Source: an uncultured bacterium
Lineage (GTDB): Bacteria > Abyssobacteria > SURF-5
Assembly (NCBI GenBank): GCA_964607485.1
Contig: CAZSKP010000002.1
Location: forward strand, 146,620 to 209,257
Direction of reading: 5' to 3'
DNA length: 62,638 bases
This document shows positions 18,737 to 28,119 of the stretch, piece after piece; the first letter of the stretch is position 1; every line of letters begins with the position of its first letter. The position numbers and the translations under genes are program-made. The notes beneath the pieces were generated by a model. It saw only the letters and a list, made by a program, of their open reading frames with translations, did not search any database and was not told where the DNA came from.

Positions 18737-19724
18737 CGTCGAGGCGCTCCACCGCTTGCGCCACGGCTTCGACCTCTATCTGCTCGAGGCACGCTCTCTC
18801 GCGGCATCGGCGCATCGTCTCGCGCGGGCACGGGCTGCAGGAGGCGTTGTTCGTGATCACGCGGACGTTCCTGCCGACGGGCGCCCAGACGGCGGGATCG
18901 GTGGGGCCGAATATGGCGAGCGTGGGAATGCCCGTGGCCGCCGCGAGATGTGTCACGCCCGAATCGTTGCCGACGTATGCGCCACACTTCGACAACATGG
19001 CGGCCAGAAGCCGGAGCCGGAGGTTGTGCGCGGTGACGCCGCCGATTTCTTTTGCGAATGCCGCCATCCGCCCCACCAAGCGCTCGTCGGCCGGGCCCAG
19101 AATCAGCGCTATTGCGTAACCCGCTCCCTTCAGTCGGCGTATGAGTTCCTCGAATCTCTCCGGCGGCCAGCATTTCGCCTCGCTTCCGCTGCCCGGATGG
19201 ATGGCGACTATCGGCTTCCCTTTCAATCTTACAGACTGAAGAATGGTCTCCGCTTTTTGCATCTCATCGTCGGTGAAGCGAAGGAGGCCCTGTGACCTAC
19301 TGACACTTCCCGGACCCAGCAGAGGCGAAACGGTATCGAGAAGATACTTGCCGACATGAACTTTCTCGCCCTCAGGCGGAAACGGCGGGCGCACCACAAT
19401 GGTTCTCATGCCCAGTCGCGCGAGGTTGCGTTCGAAAATTTTTTCGGGGTCGGAAAGATAGGCCAGCACCGTGTCGAACGATGAAAAATACCGTGCCTCG
19501 GCATCGGGCAACTGGGCCGACTTCTCGAAGAACGGCACGAGCGTGCTTCGTTCTATGGAGGCGGCGGAATCGAGGATGCCCGGACAGGCGAGGCTCAGGA
19601 TCTCGGTGTGTCCGAGAGCCTTGAGCCGCGCCTCGGGAAACCTCCGTCGAATCGCCGAAAGCGCGGGCAGAAGGAGCAGAAAATCGCCCAGTGACCCTCG
19701 ATGAATGACGAGAAAACGGTTCAT
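18726..19724 (-). CDS. Glycosyltransferase family 9 (LPS heptosyltransferase-like)
   Basis: GSLGDF, HPGSGSEAKCWP, GNDSGVTHLAAA, FGPTDP. Confidence 0.9.
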   Translation of the reverse strand: MNRFLVIHRGSLGDFLLLLPALSAIRRRFPEARLKALGHTEILSLACPGILDSAASIERSTLVPFFEKSAQLPDAEARYFSSFDTVLAYLSDPEKIFERNLARLGMRTIVVRPPFPPEGEKVHVGKYLLDTVSPLLGPGSVSRSQGLLRFTDDEMQKAETILQSVRLKGKPIVAIHPGSGSEAKCWPPERFEELIRRLKGAGYAIALILGPADERLVGRMAAFAKEIGGVTAHNLRLRLLAAMLSKCGAYVGNDSGVTHLAAATGIPTLAIFGPTDPAVWAPVGRNVRVITNNASCSPCPRETMRRCRERACLEQIEVEAVAQAVERLDVIV

Positions 19725-19757
19725 GACGACAGGGATATCACGCGAAGGGGCCGCAGG

Positions 19758-20690
19758 TCAGTATGCCTTGATGATCCGACCGGTCTGTTCTTCGAGATGA
19801 AACAGAGGCGTGCTCAGGTATTTTTCACCCCGATCGGGGATTATGCAGACGACGTTGCCGCTGGGAAGTTTTTCTGTTATCTGCACAGCCGCATAGAAGG
19901 CGGCTCCGGCGCTCATGCCGGCGAATATTCCTTCCTCTCGCGACAGCATGCGGCTGTACTCATGGCAGATGCGGTCGTCCACGGTAACCTTTTCGTCCCA
20001 GCCCGACTCTTCATATATGCCGGGAACTATTGCCTCTTTCATGTTCTTGAGGCCTTGAATCTTGTGGCCCAGTATCGGCTCGACGGCGACTATCTTGACC
20101 TTCGGATTCAGCTCGCGCAGCCTCTTGCCCGCGCCCATCACGGTGCCGGAGGTGCCGAGCCCGGCCACGAACACATCGACCTTCCCGTCCAAATCTTCCC
20201 AAATTTCCTCGGCGGTCGTGCGGTAATGGACCTCGGGGTTGGCGGGATTGTTGAACTGGTCGGGCTGCCAGTACTTGTCGGGCTCTTCCTTCAAGAGTTC
20301 GCGGGCCTTCATGATTGCGCCGTCGGTCCCCTTCTTGGGGTCGGTGAGGATGAGCGTCGCCCCGAGGGCCAGCAGCATGTTCTTGCGCTCCTCGCTCATT
20401 CCGGCCGACATCGTCACGTGGAGCTGATACCCTTTCATGAGGGCCACAATGGCGAGGCCGATGCCCGTGTTGCCGCTCGTGGGCTCCAGTATGATCTTGT
20501 CCTTGGTAAGAGTGCCGTCGCGCTCGGCGGCCTCCACCATGCTCAACGCTATCCGGTCTTTGACCGACCCGCCCGGATTCTGGCCCTCCAGCTTGACATA
20601 CAGCGCCGCCTTCTTGTTCTTCACGACCCGGTTGATTTTCACCAGGGGCGTTTTTCCGATGGTCTCCAAAATATTACGATATACACGCAT
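19758..20690 (-). CDS. PLP-dependent cysteine synthase (CysK/CysM family)
   Basis: IGKTPLV, NPGGSVKDR, EPTSGNTGIG, GLGTSGT, PDRGEKYLS. Confidence 0.93.
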   Translation of the reverse strand: MRVYRNILETIGKTPLVKINRVVKNKKAALYVKLEGQNPGGSVKDRIALSMVEAAERDGTLTKDKIILEPTSGNTGIGLAIVALMKGYQLHVTMSAGMSEERKNMLLALGATLILTDPKKGTDGAIMKARELLKEEPDKYWQPDQFNNPANPEVHYRTTAEEIWEDLDGKVDVFVAGLGTSGTVMGAGKRLRELNPKVKIVAVEPILGHKIQGLKNMKEAIVPGIYEESGWDEKVTVDDRICHEYSRMLSREEGIFAGMSAGAAFYAAVQITEKLPSGNVVCIIPDRGEKYLSTPLFHLEEQTGRIIKAY

Positions 20691-20746
20691 GAAACAACTC
20701 CCATTGTCCCTTGACTCGGACGATCCTACGCCACAAATAGGCGCGT

Positions 20747-20874
20747 ATTATAGCACGACGGTACCAAATTCACAACAACTTGAAGCGCAACGGCCCCTTC
20801 CCTTGCCCCGCTCCACCCTGTAGCCGAACGATTTTGCGACTCCTTTTGACTGGCCGGACACCGTCTGGTAGAAT
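20747..20874. promoter_or_regulatory. Divergent promoters for cysteine synthase (-) and the thiolase operon (+)
   Basis: Minus strand TTGTGA-17-TATAAT (20775-20747); plus strand TTGACT-17-TAGAAT (20846-20874). Confidence 0.6.
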
Positions 20875-21078
20875 AATGGCCGCGATTCCCCCGCTTCGCT
20901 AGCGTCACCCCCGGATGCGTACGCGTTGAGGCGCGGCAAGCCGTGGCGTCCAAGCCGCTCGACAGGAGGTGGAGCCATGCGAATTGTCGGCGTCGCGGCT
21001 CGCGTGACATGATAATAAGCGTCGAAGAAGCCGAGAGAAGAAGCGTTCCCGGAAACATTCGAAAGGAGGAGGCACGAG

Positions 21079-22281
21079 ATGGGAAGAAAGGTAGGCATTG
21101 TCGGGGCCGCGGTGACTCCCTTCAAGGGGCGCTGGGTGGAGAAGACATATTACGCCCTCGCCCAGGATGCCACCCGAGAAGCCCTCAAGGATGCGGGCAT
21201 GTCGGTGAAAGAGGTCGACGCCGTCGTGTATGGCATTTACAACGACATCTTCCAGCGTACCTGCATACCCGAACACGCGCTTCAAGGAATCATTGGCATG
21301 CAGGACAAATTCGGCCTCCGCGTCAGCAACGGAGGCGCAACGGGCGCCTATGCCCTCTCCGCCGCCCACGCTTATGTGGCCTCCGGCCGGTATGACACCA
21401 TGCTGGTGTTGGGCGTCGAGAAAGCGACCGACTGCTTCGATTTTCAGTCGATGTCGGCCACTCCCGAGGTCATCAAGACCATCGGGTGGTCGGGCGACAG
21501 CTTCTTCGAGCAGCCCATAGGGTGGACCGCGTCCGATTCCTACGCCGAGGTCGTGCTCGCCTACATGGATACGCACCCGAACGACCTGAAACCCGAGGTG
21601 ACGGCCCAGATATCCGCCCTGTTGAGCCAGCAGGTGAAGGGCAACAAGTTTGCACAGCGACAGCACGACCAGGTCACGCCCGAGGAAGTGCTCAACTCGC
21701 GCGTCGTCGTCCACCCGTTCAAGCAGCTCGAAATATGCGTCTATTCCGAGGGAGCAGCGGCCGTTATCGTCGCCGAGGAGGAACGGGCGAAGTGGATAGC
21801 GCAAAACGTGGGCATGCCCGTCGTCTGGATAACCGGCGTGGGAGAGAGCAACGAGCACTCCTTTGCCGGAAAGAGCCAGAAGGCGATGAACCGCATCATG
21901 TCCGACTGTCATGCCGCCCAGAGGGCATACAGGATGGCGGGTATCACGAGTCCGCTCGAGGAAATCCAGGTGGTGGAGATTCATGACGCGTTCGTCCATC
22001 AGCTCGAGATTACCCTCGGCGAGATGGGCTTTGCCGAGCTCGGACACTGCGACTCGCTCGTCGAGGAAGGCACCATCATGCCGGGCGGAAAGCTGCTCGT
22101 GAACCCCTCCGGCGGGCTCATCTACTGCGGCCACGCCGTCGGAGCGAGCAACATCATGTCCGCGTGGTCGGCCCGCAAGGAGTTGATTGAGCGGGGGCTG
22201 AAGCGAGCGGCCGTCCACGGCACCGGAAGCACGGTCGCGCAGTATGGTGTGGTGCTGGTCCTCGAAAACGACGCCGCATGA
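21079..22281 (+). CDS. Thiolase-superfamily protein (SCP2/Ltp2-like) lacking the nucleophilic Cys
   Basis: Thiolase fold motifs (GVEK, EGAAAVI, EIHDAF, NPSGG, GHAVGA); the CxS site reads SNGGATG. Confidence 0.85.
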   Translation: MGRKVGIVGAAVTPFKGRWVEKTYYALAQDATREALKDAGMSVKEVDAVVYGIYNDIFQRTCIPEHALQGIIGMQDKFGLRVSNGGATGAYALSAAHAYVASGRYDTMLVLGVEKATDCFDFQSMSATPEVIKTIGWSGDSFFEQPIGWTASDSYAEVVLAYMDTHPNDLKPEVTAQISALLSQQVKGNKFAQRQHDQVTPEEVLNSRVVVHPFKQLEICVYSEGAAAVIVAEEERAKWIAQNVGMPVVWITGVGESNEHSFAGKSQKAMNRIMSDCHAAQRAYRMAGITSPLEEIQVVEIHDAFVHQLEITLGEMGFAELGHCDSLVEEGTIMPGGKLLVNPSGGLIYCGHAVGASNIMSAWSARKELIERGLKRAAVHGTGSTVAQYGVVLVLENDAA

Positions 22282-22297
22282 AAGGAGGCGAGACGTA

Positions 22298-23290
22298 ATG
22301 GCAAAAAAGACCCAGAAAGTGATTCCCAGCGCGGCAGTGCCTCCCATGGAGGGCCGCACGCTGACGGTGGACGGCAAACAGTATCTCGAATTGAACGATG
22401 CGATGCACACCTTCTACCGACGGTCGATGGGCGAGCTCTCGCCGTTCTTCCTCGCGATTCGCGACGAGAAGAAAATCGTCGGCGCGAAATGCACCAAGTG
22501 CGGCATCGTTCGCGTTCCGCCCATGGCCGAGTACTGCCCCGACTGCGACTTCGCACCGATGATCTCGGTCGATGTCGCCGACACCGGCAAGATGCTCTTC
22601 ACGCCGCCGATTACGTATTTTGCGAACAGCCTGTTCCAGGAACAAGTGCCGTTCGGCCGGGGCAGGGTGGTTCTCGACGGCGCAGACACGGCGCTCTCGA
22701 TCAACCTCTACACCACCACCGGCATCCTCGTGCCCGGAATATTCAAGAAGGATACCGAGATAAAGATCGTGTTCCGCAACAACCGCATCGGCCGAATCAC
22801 CGACATCTTCGGCCTGCCTGCGGCGGAACTCAGCGAAGGGCAACTGGCGAAGAAGGGCCTGCTCGAACGCGAGATAAACTGGGAGGCCGCCGTCGAGCCG
22901 AAGATTCCCGCGGCCTCCGCGAAAGCGACCGCGCGTTTCGACAAAGTGTTCAAGAGGATGAAGGCGGTCGTCACCGAGCTGAATCAATGTGAGCGAGCCA
23001 AGAAGGATATCGCCGGCTGGAAGCGAAGCATCCTGGTGAAGCTGCCGGGCGGCAAGTCCGTCATAACCATCGACGACGGCGACCTGTCCATAAAGAAGGG
23101 CGGCACGACGAAGCAGGATTTCACCATGGTCGCGCGCAACCCCGAAACCGTCCTGAAAGGGCTCGCCTACGAGGGCTCGCTGACCGAGGCCATCATGATG
23201 GCCGAGCTGTGGATAAGCAAGAACGTCGAGTTCATGACCGTCTTCAAGCTCGAACGAATGGCCCGCTCGCTCGCTCGCTCGAAGAAGTAA
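22298..23290 (+). CDS. DUF35 (Zn-ribbon + OB-fold) protein with C-terminal SCP2-like domain
   Basis: CTKCG...PP...YCPDC Zn ribbon, OB region (VPFGRGRVVLDGAD), SCP2-like tail; directly after the thiolase with a GGAGG RBS. Confidence 0.8.
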   Translation: MAKKTQKVIPSAAVPPMEGRTLTVDGKQYLELNDAMHTFYRRSMGELSPFFLAIRDEKKIVGAKCTKCGIVRVPPMAEYCPDCDFAPMISVDVADTGKMLFTPPITYFANSLFQEQVPFGRGRVVLDGADTALSINLYTTTGILVPGIFKKDTEIKIVFRNNRIGRITDIFGLPAAELSEGQLAKKGLLEREINWEAAVEPKIPAASAKATARFDKVFKRMKAVVTELNQCERAKKDIAGWKRSILVKLPGGKSVITIDDGDLSIKKGGTTKQDFTMVARNPETVLKGLAYEGSLTEAIMMAELWISKNVEFMTVFKLERMARSLARSKK

Positions 23291-23307
23291 ATGCGGACGT
23301 TACACCC

Positions 23308-23343
23308 GCGGCCCACCGCCATCAAACGGTGGGCCGCTTTTTT
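23308..23343 (+). terminator. Rho-independent terminator
   Basis: 11-bp stem GCGGCCCACCG / CGGTGGGCCGC followed by T6. Confidence 0.9.
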
Positions 23344-23519
23344 GTTCGAGAATGGGCTCGCACATCCGGCGGGAAACTGTTTCAGCGAGGGAGCGAAGTG
23401 AAAGATACGACCTGAATTTGCCCTTCTTCCGTTATAGAAAATGGGTTAGACATAGACCGTCTTTACCTATGCCACGCCGGATTTTCCCAACACGTTCATG
23501 TCCGCCGGTAATGCTAGCA

Positions 23520-24239
23520 TCATATTCCCAGAATATCCGTGGAGATCATCTTGCCTGGCCCAGTGATGCACAGGAATGGGACGCGGGCATAGAAGCTCAA
23601 TCCCCATACCGAATAGACAGGGTTTTCTTTTGGAATGCAAAAGCGATAAAAGAATACACTATCGCCAATCACCTTGGGCGGCATTGCCGCAAGAGGAAGC
23701 AGTATGGTTTGGTTGAGTTCCTCGAATAATTCTTCGGATTCATTTTGTAGATCCTCGTTGGTGTAAATCTTTACTGCGTTATTCAGGTCGAGTGGCTTAG
23801 AGGACTCCGCAAAGTAAAGGCCGCGTACTGTACGTTCAACCACGCTCCGAATTCGAACCATATCCACATCATAGCCTAAACGGCTCCCAACGTACAGGCC
23901 AGCTGGAGTTTGCAAGTGGACAGGGCGAAAGTCTGCAAAAAATGACTTCCTCAGACCCGTTGATTCTTTTCTGTTGAGGGAGCGGAGGATAGATTCCCAG
24001 TTTGCCCGCGCCTTTGGGTGCTCACCGGCATCATCACGCAGGCAAACCTTCAAGCGAAAATATTCATCATCTTTGGAAGTGTCGGAATGGCACGATGGGC
24101 AAGCAGAGACGGTGATAAGATTATTTGGGCGTGGGCTTGGAAACAGGTTTCTGGGAGGAACATGATCCGTCTGCAAGTTGTCACCGGACCCACAATAGGC
24201 ACAGATGTCTCTCGGATAATCCAAAGGAAGATTTGCCAT
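23520..24239 (-). CDS. HNH-like (Zn-finger His-Me) endonuclease domain protein
   Basis: CAYCG...TDHVPP...ACPSCH...KDDEYF; visibly more AT-rich than the flanks. Confidence 0.7.
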   Translation of the reverse strand: MANLPLDYPRDICAYCGSGDNLQTDHVPPRNLFPSPRPNNLITVSACPSCHSDTSKDDEYFRLKVCLRDDAGEHPKARANWESILRSLNRKESTGLRKSFFADFRPVHLQTPAGLYVGSRLGYDVDMVRIRSVVERTVRGLYFAESSKPLDLNNAVKIYTNEDLQNESEELFEELNQTILLPLAAMPPKVIGDSVFFYRFCIPKENPVYSVWGLSFYARVPFLCITGPGKMISTDILGI

Positions 24240-24281
24240 TGTGCGAACCCCGTACCCCTTGTGTCCAGCACATATTGATGG

Positions 24282-25079
24282 CTATCTCTTGAACAATCCC
24301 TTCAGTGTCTCGCCCGCCTTCTCGATGGCCCCCTTCGCTTTCTCGCCCACTCCGGTTGCAAGCTCGGGCGCGAACTGGCCAAGCTGGCCCGAGACATCGT
24401 TCATAATGTCGGTGGGAACTATTCCCTTGCCGGTCCTCATAGCGGTCTCTATCATCTTCACGAATACTTTCTGGAACAACTGCGCGAGCGTCACGCCGGT
24501 TCCGTCGGCGTTTGAGATGTTCTCGAGCTGGATATCGGGAAGCTGCACGGTGATCGGCTCTTTCGCCGTCAGGAACGATGCAAACGTGACCTTCGCTCCG
24601 TTTATCTGGAGCATCTTCACCCGATAGAGTTTTTCTTTCTTTGGCTTTTCTTCAGGTTTCTCTTCTGCCTTCTCTCCTGCCTTCTCTTCACCCTTGACAT
24701 TCTCCAGAACCAGCGCCATGTTCGTGCCGCGCGGCGACTGCTCTATGGTGAGCGAGGGCGAATCGAGCACGATGCTGTCAATGACCACCTCGTCCTGAAA
24801 CAGGGCCGACGGCTGTATTGCCGCGCTGGCGCTCGCCGTCTCGAAGAGCTGGCCCGTGCTGAAACCCTCGGGATTGGAGACGCGCAGGTTGGTGAGCGCA
24901 AGCTTGCCCCCGAGGATGGAGAGGTTCGCCTGCGAGAGCTGCACCTTGACTCCAAGCGAGCGCCCGCCCACCTCCTCGACGCCTTTGCGGATTATCGAAT
25001 TCACAGAAAAGAAGACCACCGCAACCACTATTACGATGAGCAAGATTACCGCCAGCGCCACTTTCACGACACCCTTCAT
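24282..25079 (-). CDS. AsmA-like (DUF748) envelope protein
   Basis: N-terminal TM anchor, LGVKVQL...NLSILGG...L.VSNPEGF repeating beta-groove pattern. Confidence 0.75.
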   Translation of the reverse strand: MKGVVKVALAVILLIVIVVAVVFFSVNSIIRKGVEEVGGRSLGVKVQLSQANLSILGGKLALTNLRVSNPEGFSTGQLFETASASAAIQPSALFQDEVVIDSIVLDSPSLTIEQSPRGTNMALVLENVKGEEKAGEKAEEKPEEKPKKEKLYRVKMLQINGAKVTFASFLTAKEPITVQLPDIQLENISNADGTGVTLAQLFQKVFVKMIETAMRTGKGIVPTDIMNDVSGQLGQFAPELATGVGEKAKGAIEKAGETLKGLFKR

Positions 25080-25201
25080 GTTGGGCCTCCTTTCGATATC
25101 GCTTCTTGAAATATCTTAACATACAAATCGTGTCTCGGTAAGTGCCCCCTTCTCTTCCCTTGCGCAAAGGGGAGAGGACGAGACCAGAAGAGTCCTCCAC
25201 G

Positions 25202-25256
25202 TTGACAGGAATGGGAGCGAATGTTATAATTATCACTTAATTGGTCAACAAAGTGA
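25202..25256 (+). promoter_or_regulatory. Consensus sigma70 promoter plus downstream palindromic operator for the sulfur-relay cluster
   Basis: TTGACA-17-TATAAT (25202-30) with extended TG; TCACTT-N12-AAGTGA (25233-56). Confidence 0.75.
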
Positions 25257-25281
25257 ACTAAGCGCCGGACTCGTCACGCCA

Positions 25282-25437
25282 GCGAAAGTATCGGCCAAGG
25301 GCGACCACGCCTGCAAGGCACTGCTCGAACTCGCACTCAAGTACGACAGCCATAAGCCCTTATATATCAGGAAGATAGTTGCCGGCGGACGCACGATGCC
25401 GAACAGATGTATAATATCTCATGTCCGCTCCGGATGA
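25282..25437 (+). pseudogene. Decayed Rrf2-family (CymR/IscR-like) regulator
   Basis: Reads AKVSAKGDHACKALLELALKYDSHKPLYIRKI..., matching the Rrf2 N-terminus. There is GCG at the expected start position, and similarity is lost before a stop after about 51 codons. Confidence 0.7.
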
Positions 25438-25485
25438 CGAGAAGAGAAATACTATGCATACTATTACCGGGAGGTGGAGACTAAC

Positions 25486-25764
25486 ATGACGACGGTTCGC
25501 ATTCCTACACCACTGCTATGTTCCCCCGTGGGCGGGGTGTACGTGCGCCCCCGGGGGGCCCGGGCCTCCAAAACCACCCCCGACCTCGACCGCAACTATG
25601 CAGGCATGAAACAACGGCTCTGCGAAAAAGACGGCACAGTGCGGCGTTTTGTCAACATATACGTGAACGATGAGGACATACGCTTCCTGCAGAGCCTGGA
25701 GACCCCCGTCAGCGACGGCGACGAGCTTTCCATAGTCCCCGCAATCGCGGGCGGCCGGGCGTGA
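25486..25764 (+). CDS. MoaD/ThiS/CysO-like ubiquitin-like sulfur carrier
   Basis: VRIPTPL...RRFVNIYVNDEDIRFL..LETPV.DGDELSIVPAIAGG-RA. Confidence 0.85.
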   Translation: MTTVRIPTPLLCSPVGGVYVRPRGARASKTTPDLDRNYAGMKQRLCEKDGTVRRFVNIYVNDEDIRFLQSLETPVSDGDELSIVPAIAGGRA

Positions 25765-25810
25765 GTCGTACTGATAATCGCGCGACGATTGGCGAAACAA
25801 AACCCGAACG

Positions 25811-26623
25811 ATGGAATTCAACGAAGAACAGATCAAAAGATACAGCCGGCACATCATCCTGAAGGAGGTCGGCGGCAAGGGGCAGAAGAAGCTGCTGGAC
25901 GCGAAGGTGCTCGTTATCGGCGCCGGCGGTCTGGGGTCGCCTTCGTCTTTCTATCTCGCGGCCGCCGGAGTCGGCGTCATCGGCATACTCGACTTCGACA
26001 GCGTCGACCTCAGCAATCTTCAGAGACAGATATTGCACACGACGGACGACGTGGACCGACCCAAGGTCGAGTCGGCAAAGGAAACGCTCACGGCGCTCAA
26101 TCCCGACGTCCGCGTCATTACGCACAACGAGCGGCTGACCTCGAAGAACGTGTTCCGCATCTTCAAGGACTACGACGTCATCGTTGACGGATGCGACAAC
26201 TTCGTGACGCGGTATCTCACCAACGACGCGTGCGTGATGCTCGGCAAGCCGAACGTGCACGGCAGCGTGCTTCTGTTCGAGGGGCAGGTCTCCGTGTTCG
26301 ACTCGCGTCGCGGCCCGTGTTACCGCTGTCAATATCCCGAGCCGCCGCCACCGGGAATGGTTCCCAGTTGTCAGGAGGCGGGCGTGCTGGGCGTTCTGCC
26401 CGGCATCGTCGGGACCGTCCAGGCCGTTGAAGCGCTGAAGCTCATCATGGGCATCGGGAACCCGCTCGTCGGACGGCTGCTCCACTTCGATGCGCTCAAC
26501 ATGAAAGTGCGCGAATTCAAACTCCACAAGGACCCCCGCTGCCCGCTCTGCGGCGAGGACCCGACCATCACTGAGCTGATCGATTATGAAGAGTTCTGCG
26601 GCCTGCGGGGCGACGACGAGTGA
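25811..26623 (+). CDS. moeB: MoeB/ThiF E1-like adenylyltransferase (copy 1)
   Basis: RYSRHI, GAGGLG, SNLQRQ, CYRC, SCQEAGVLG, CPLC; no rhodanese domain. Confidence 0.9.
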   Translation: MEFNEEQIKRYSRHIILKEVGGKGQKKLLDAKVLVIGAGGLGSPSSFYLAAAGVGVIGILDFDSVDLSNLQRQILHTTDDVDRPKVESAKETLTALNPDVRVITHNERLTSKNVFRIFKDYDVIVDGCDNFVTRYLTNDACVMLGKPNVHGSVLLFEGQVSVFDSRRGPCYRCQYPEPPPPGMVPSCQEAGVLGVLPGIVGTVQAVEALKLIMGIGNPLVGRLLHFDALNMKVREFKLHKDPRCPLCGEDPTITELIDYEEFCGLRGDDE

Positions 26624-26635
26624 GGCGAGCGAGAC

Positions 26636-27073
26636 ATGCTCATAATTCCACGCGAAATACTCGACGATATATTCGCCCACTCGGCGGAAACCTACCCCGA
26701 GGAATGCTGCGGAATACTCGTCGGCCGGGATGAGGGCGAGAGCCGCGTCATCACCCAATCGCACCGCGCGGAAAACGTCAGCAAGGAACGCCGGCACGAC
26801 CGGTATCTGATCGACGAGAGAAAACTCATCGAGGTGATAAAGTCCACCCGCGGCCTTGCGGTGGACGTCGTCGGATTTTATCATTCTCATCCCGACTACC
26901 CGAGCCGTCCGTCCGGCTACGACATCGAGACGGCCGCGTGGCCGGGGTATTCGTACTTGATAGTCTCGGTCGAGAAACAGGGGGTCGTCTCGGTTCAGTC
27001 GTGGGTCATGCCCGACGGAGGCGATTCCTTCGTCGAGGAGGAAATGCGCGAGAGGGAGAGCGAGGCGAAATGA
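26636..27073 (+). CDS. JAMM/Mov34 metalloprotease (Mec-like)
   Basis: YPEECCG...YHSHPDYPSRPSGYD JAMM motif. Confidence 0.92.
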   Translation: MLIIPREILDDIFAHSAETYPEECCGILVGRDEGESRVITQSHRAENVSKERRHDRYLIDERKLIEVIKSTRGLAVDVVGFYHSHPDYPSRPSGYDIETAAWPGYSYLIVSVEKQGVVSVQSWVMPDGGDSFVEEEMRERESEAK

Positions 27074-27384
27074 GTGACGACAGGAAGCTCGGCATACTAC
27101 TCACTACGAGCCCCGAGCACGCGAACACGCACACCGTCATCAAGCTCGCCGAGGCCGGCCTCGCAAAGGGCATGGAGGTGCGCATCTTCCTGATGTGCGA
27201 CGGTGTGCTGAATTCGAACCATCTGCCGTTCCTGCACCTGCTCGACAGAGGCGCGCAGATTTGTGTGTGTGAGCAGAACTTGAACGAAAGATTCCAGGAC
27301 GAAACCAACGGTATCAAGCTGGGCAGCCAGTATGACTTCGCGTGCAACGTTCGCGACATGGACAGGCTGCTGGCCTTTTGCTGA
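27070..27384 (+). CDS. DsrE/TusD-like sulfur relay protein
   Basis: LTTSP...IFLMCDGV...ICVCEQN; ATGA overlap with the JAMM gene. Confidence 0.8.
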   Translation: MSDDRKLGILLTTSPEHANTHTVIKLAEAGLAKGMEVRIFLMCDGVLNSNHLPFLHLLDRGAQICVCEQNLNERFQDETNGIKLGSQYDFACNVRDMDRLLAFC

Positions 27385-27387
27385 ACG

Positions 27388-27732
27388 ATGAAGACCACGA
27401 CCGTCATAATCTCGCAGTCGCCCCTGAAGTCGCTCCGCGTTGGGGAGGCGCTCAGGATGAGCGTCGGGCTGACGCTGTGCGGCGACAGGGTGCGCGTCGT
27501 GTTCGTCGGAGACGGCGTGTATGCGCTGCTCCACACCGAACCGGCCCGCGCGGGGATGCCCGAATACTCCCGCCACGTGGAAACGCTGAAGCAACTCGGC
27601 CACGAACTGTACGCCGAGCGCGAAGCATTGGACGAACGCGGCCTCGACCGACTCGAGACGGAAACCGAGATAGTCCCCCGGGCGGAGGTCGTCCGCCTGC
27701 TGCTGGACGGCGACTGCGTCGTTCGATATTGA
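27388..27732 (+). CDS. DsrF/TusC-like protein
   Basis: SQSP...EALRMSVGL...VVFVGDGVY. Confidence 0.78.
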   Translation: MKTTTVIISQSPLKSLRVGEALRMSVGLTLCGDRVRVVFVGDGVYALLHTEPARAGMPEYSRHVETLKQLGHELYAEREALDERGLDRLETETEIVPRAEVVRLLLDGDCVVRY

Positions 27733-27737
27733 GGAAA

Positions 27738-28001
27738 ATGCGCATGAAGGTGCTGCATCTCATCCGGACCAACGACGACGCGCTTGCCCGTCGAGTCATC
27801 GAGGAGATAGACCGGACCGACGGAGCCGAGCAGACGCTCGTGCTGATTCAGGACGGAGTGTACATGAGGCCGGAGGGCCGGCACGCGCTTGCGTGCGGCG
27901 ACGACGTGCGCGCGCGCGGTATCGAAACGGACGTCGCGCTGATCGATTACGACGGGCTCGTGGACATGATTTTTGAACACGACAAAGTGATAACGTGGTG
28001 A
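27738..28001 (+). CDS. DsrH/TusB-like protein
   Basis: VLIQDGVY...DDVRARG...IDYDGLVDMI...VITW. Confidence 0.82.
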   Translation: MRMKVLHLIRTNDDALARRVIEEIDRTDGAEQTLVLIQDGVYMRPEGRHALACGDDVRARGIETDVALIDYDGLVDMIFEHDKVITW

Positions 28002-28119
28002 GGCATCGCCGCGCCGTCGGATGCGAGAATGTTTGTTTTTGCTCGTCGGTCGTGTTACCATAACGTGAGAGTGTTGTCGCTCGGCGCCAAAACAATCGAG
28101 AATAGAGGTTCTTATTTAG

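Noticed and set aside
27070-28001. DsrEFH as evidence of dissimilatory sulfur oxidation
   Set aside because: No dsrAB or dsrC is in the window, and the context is biosynthetic sulfur relay.
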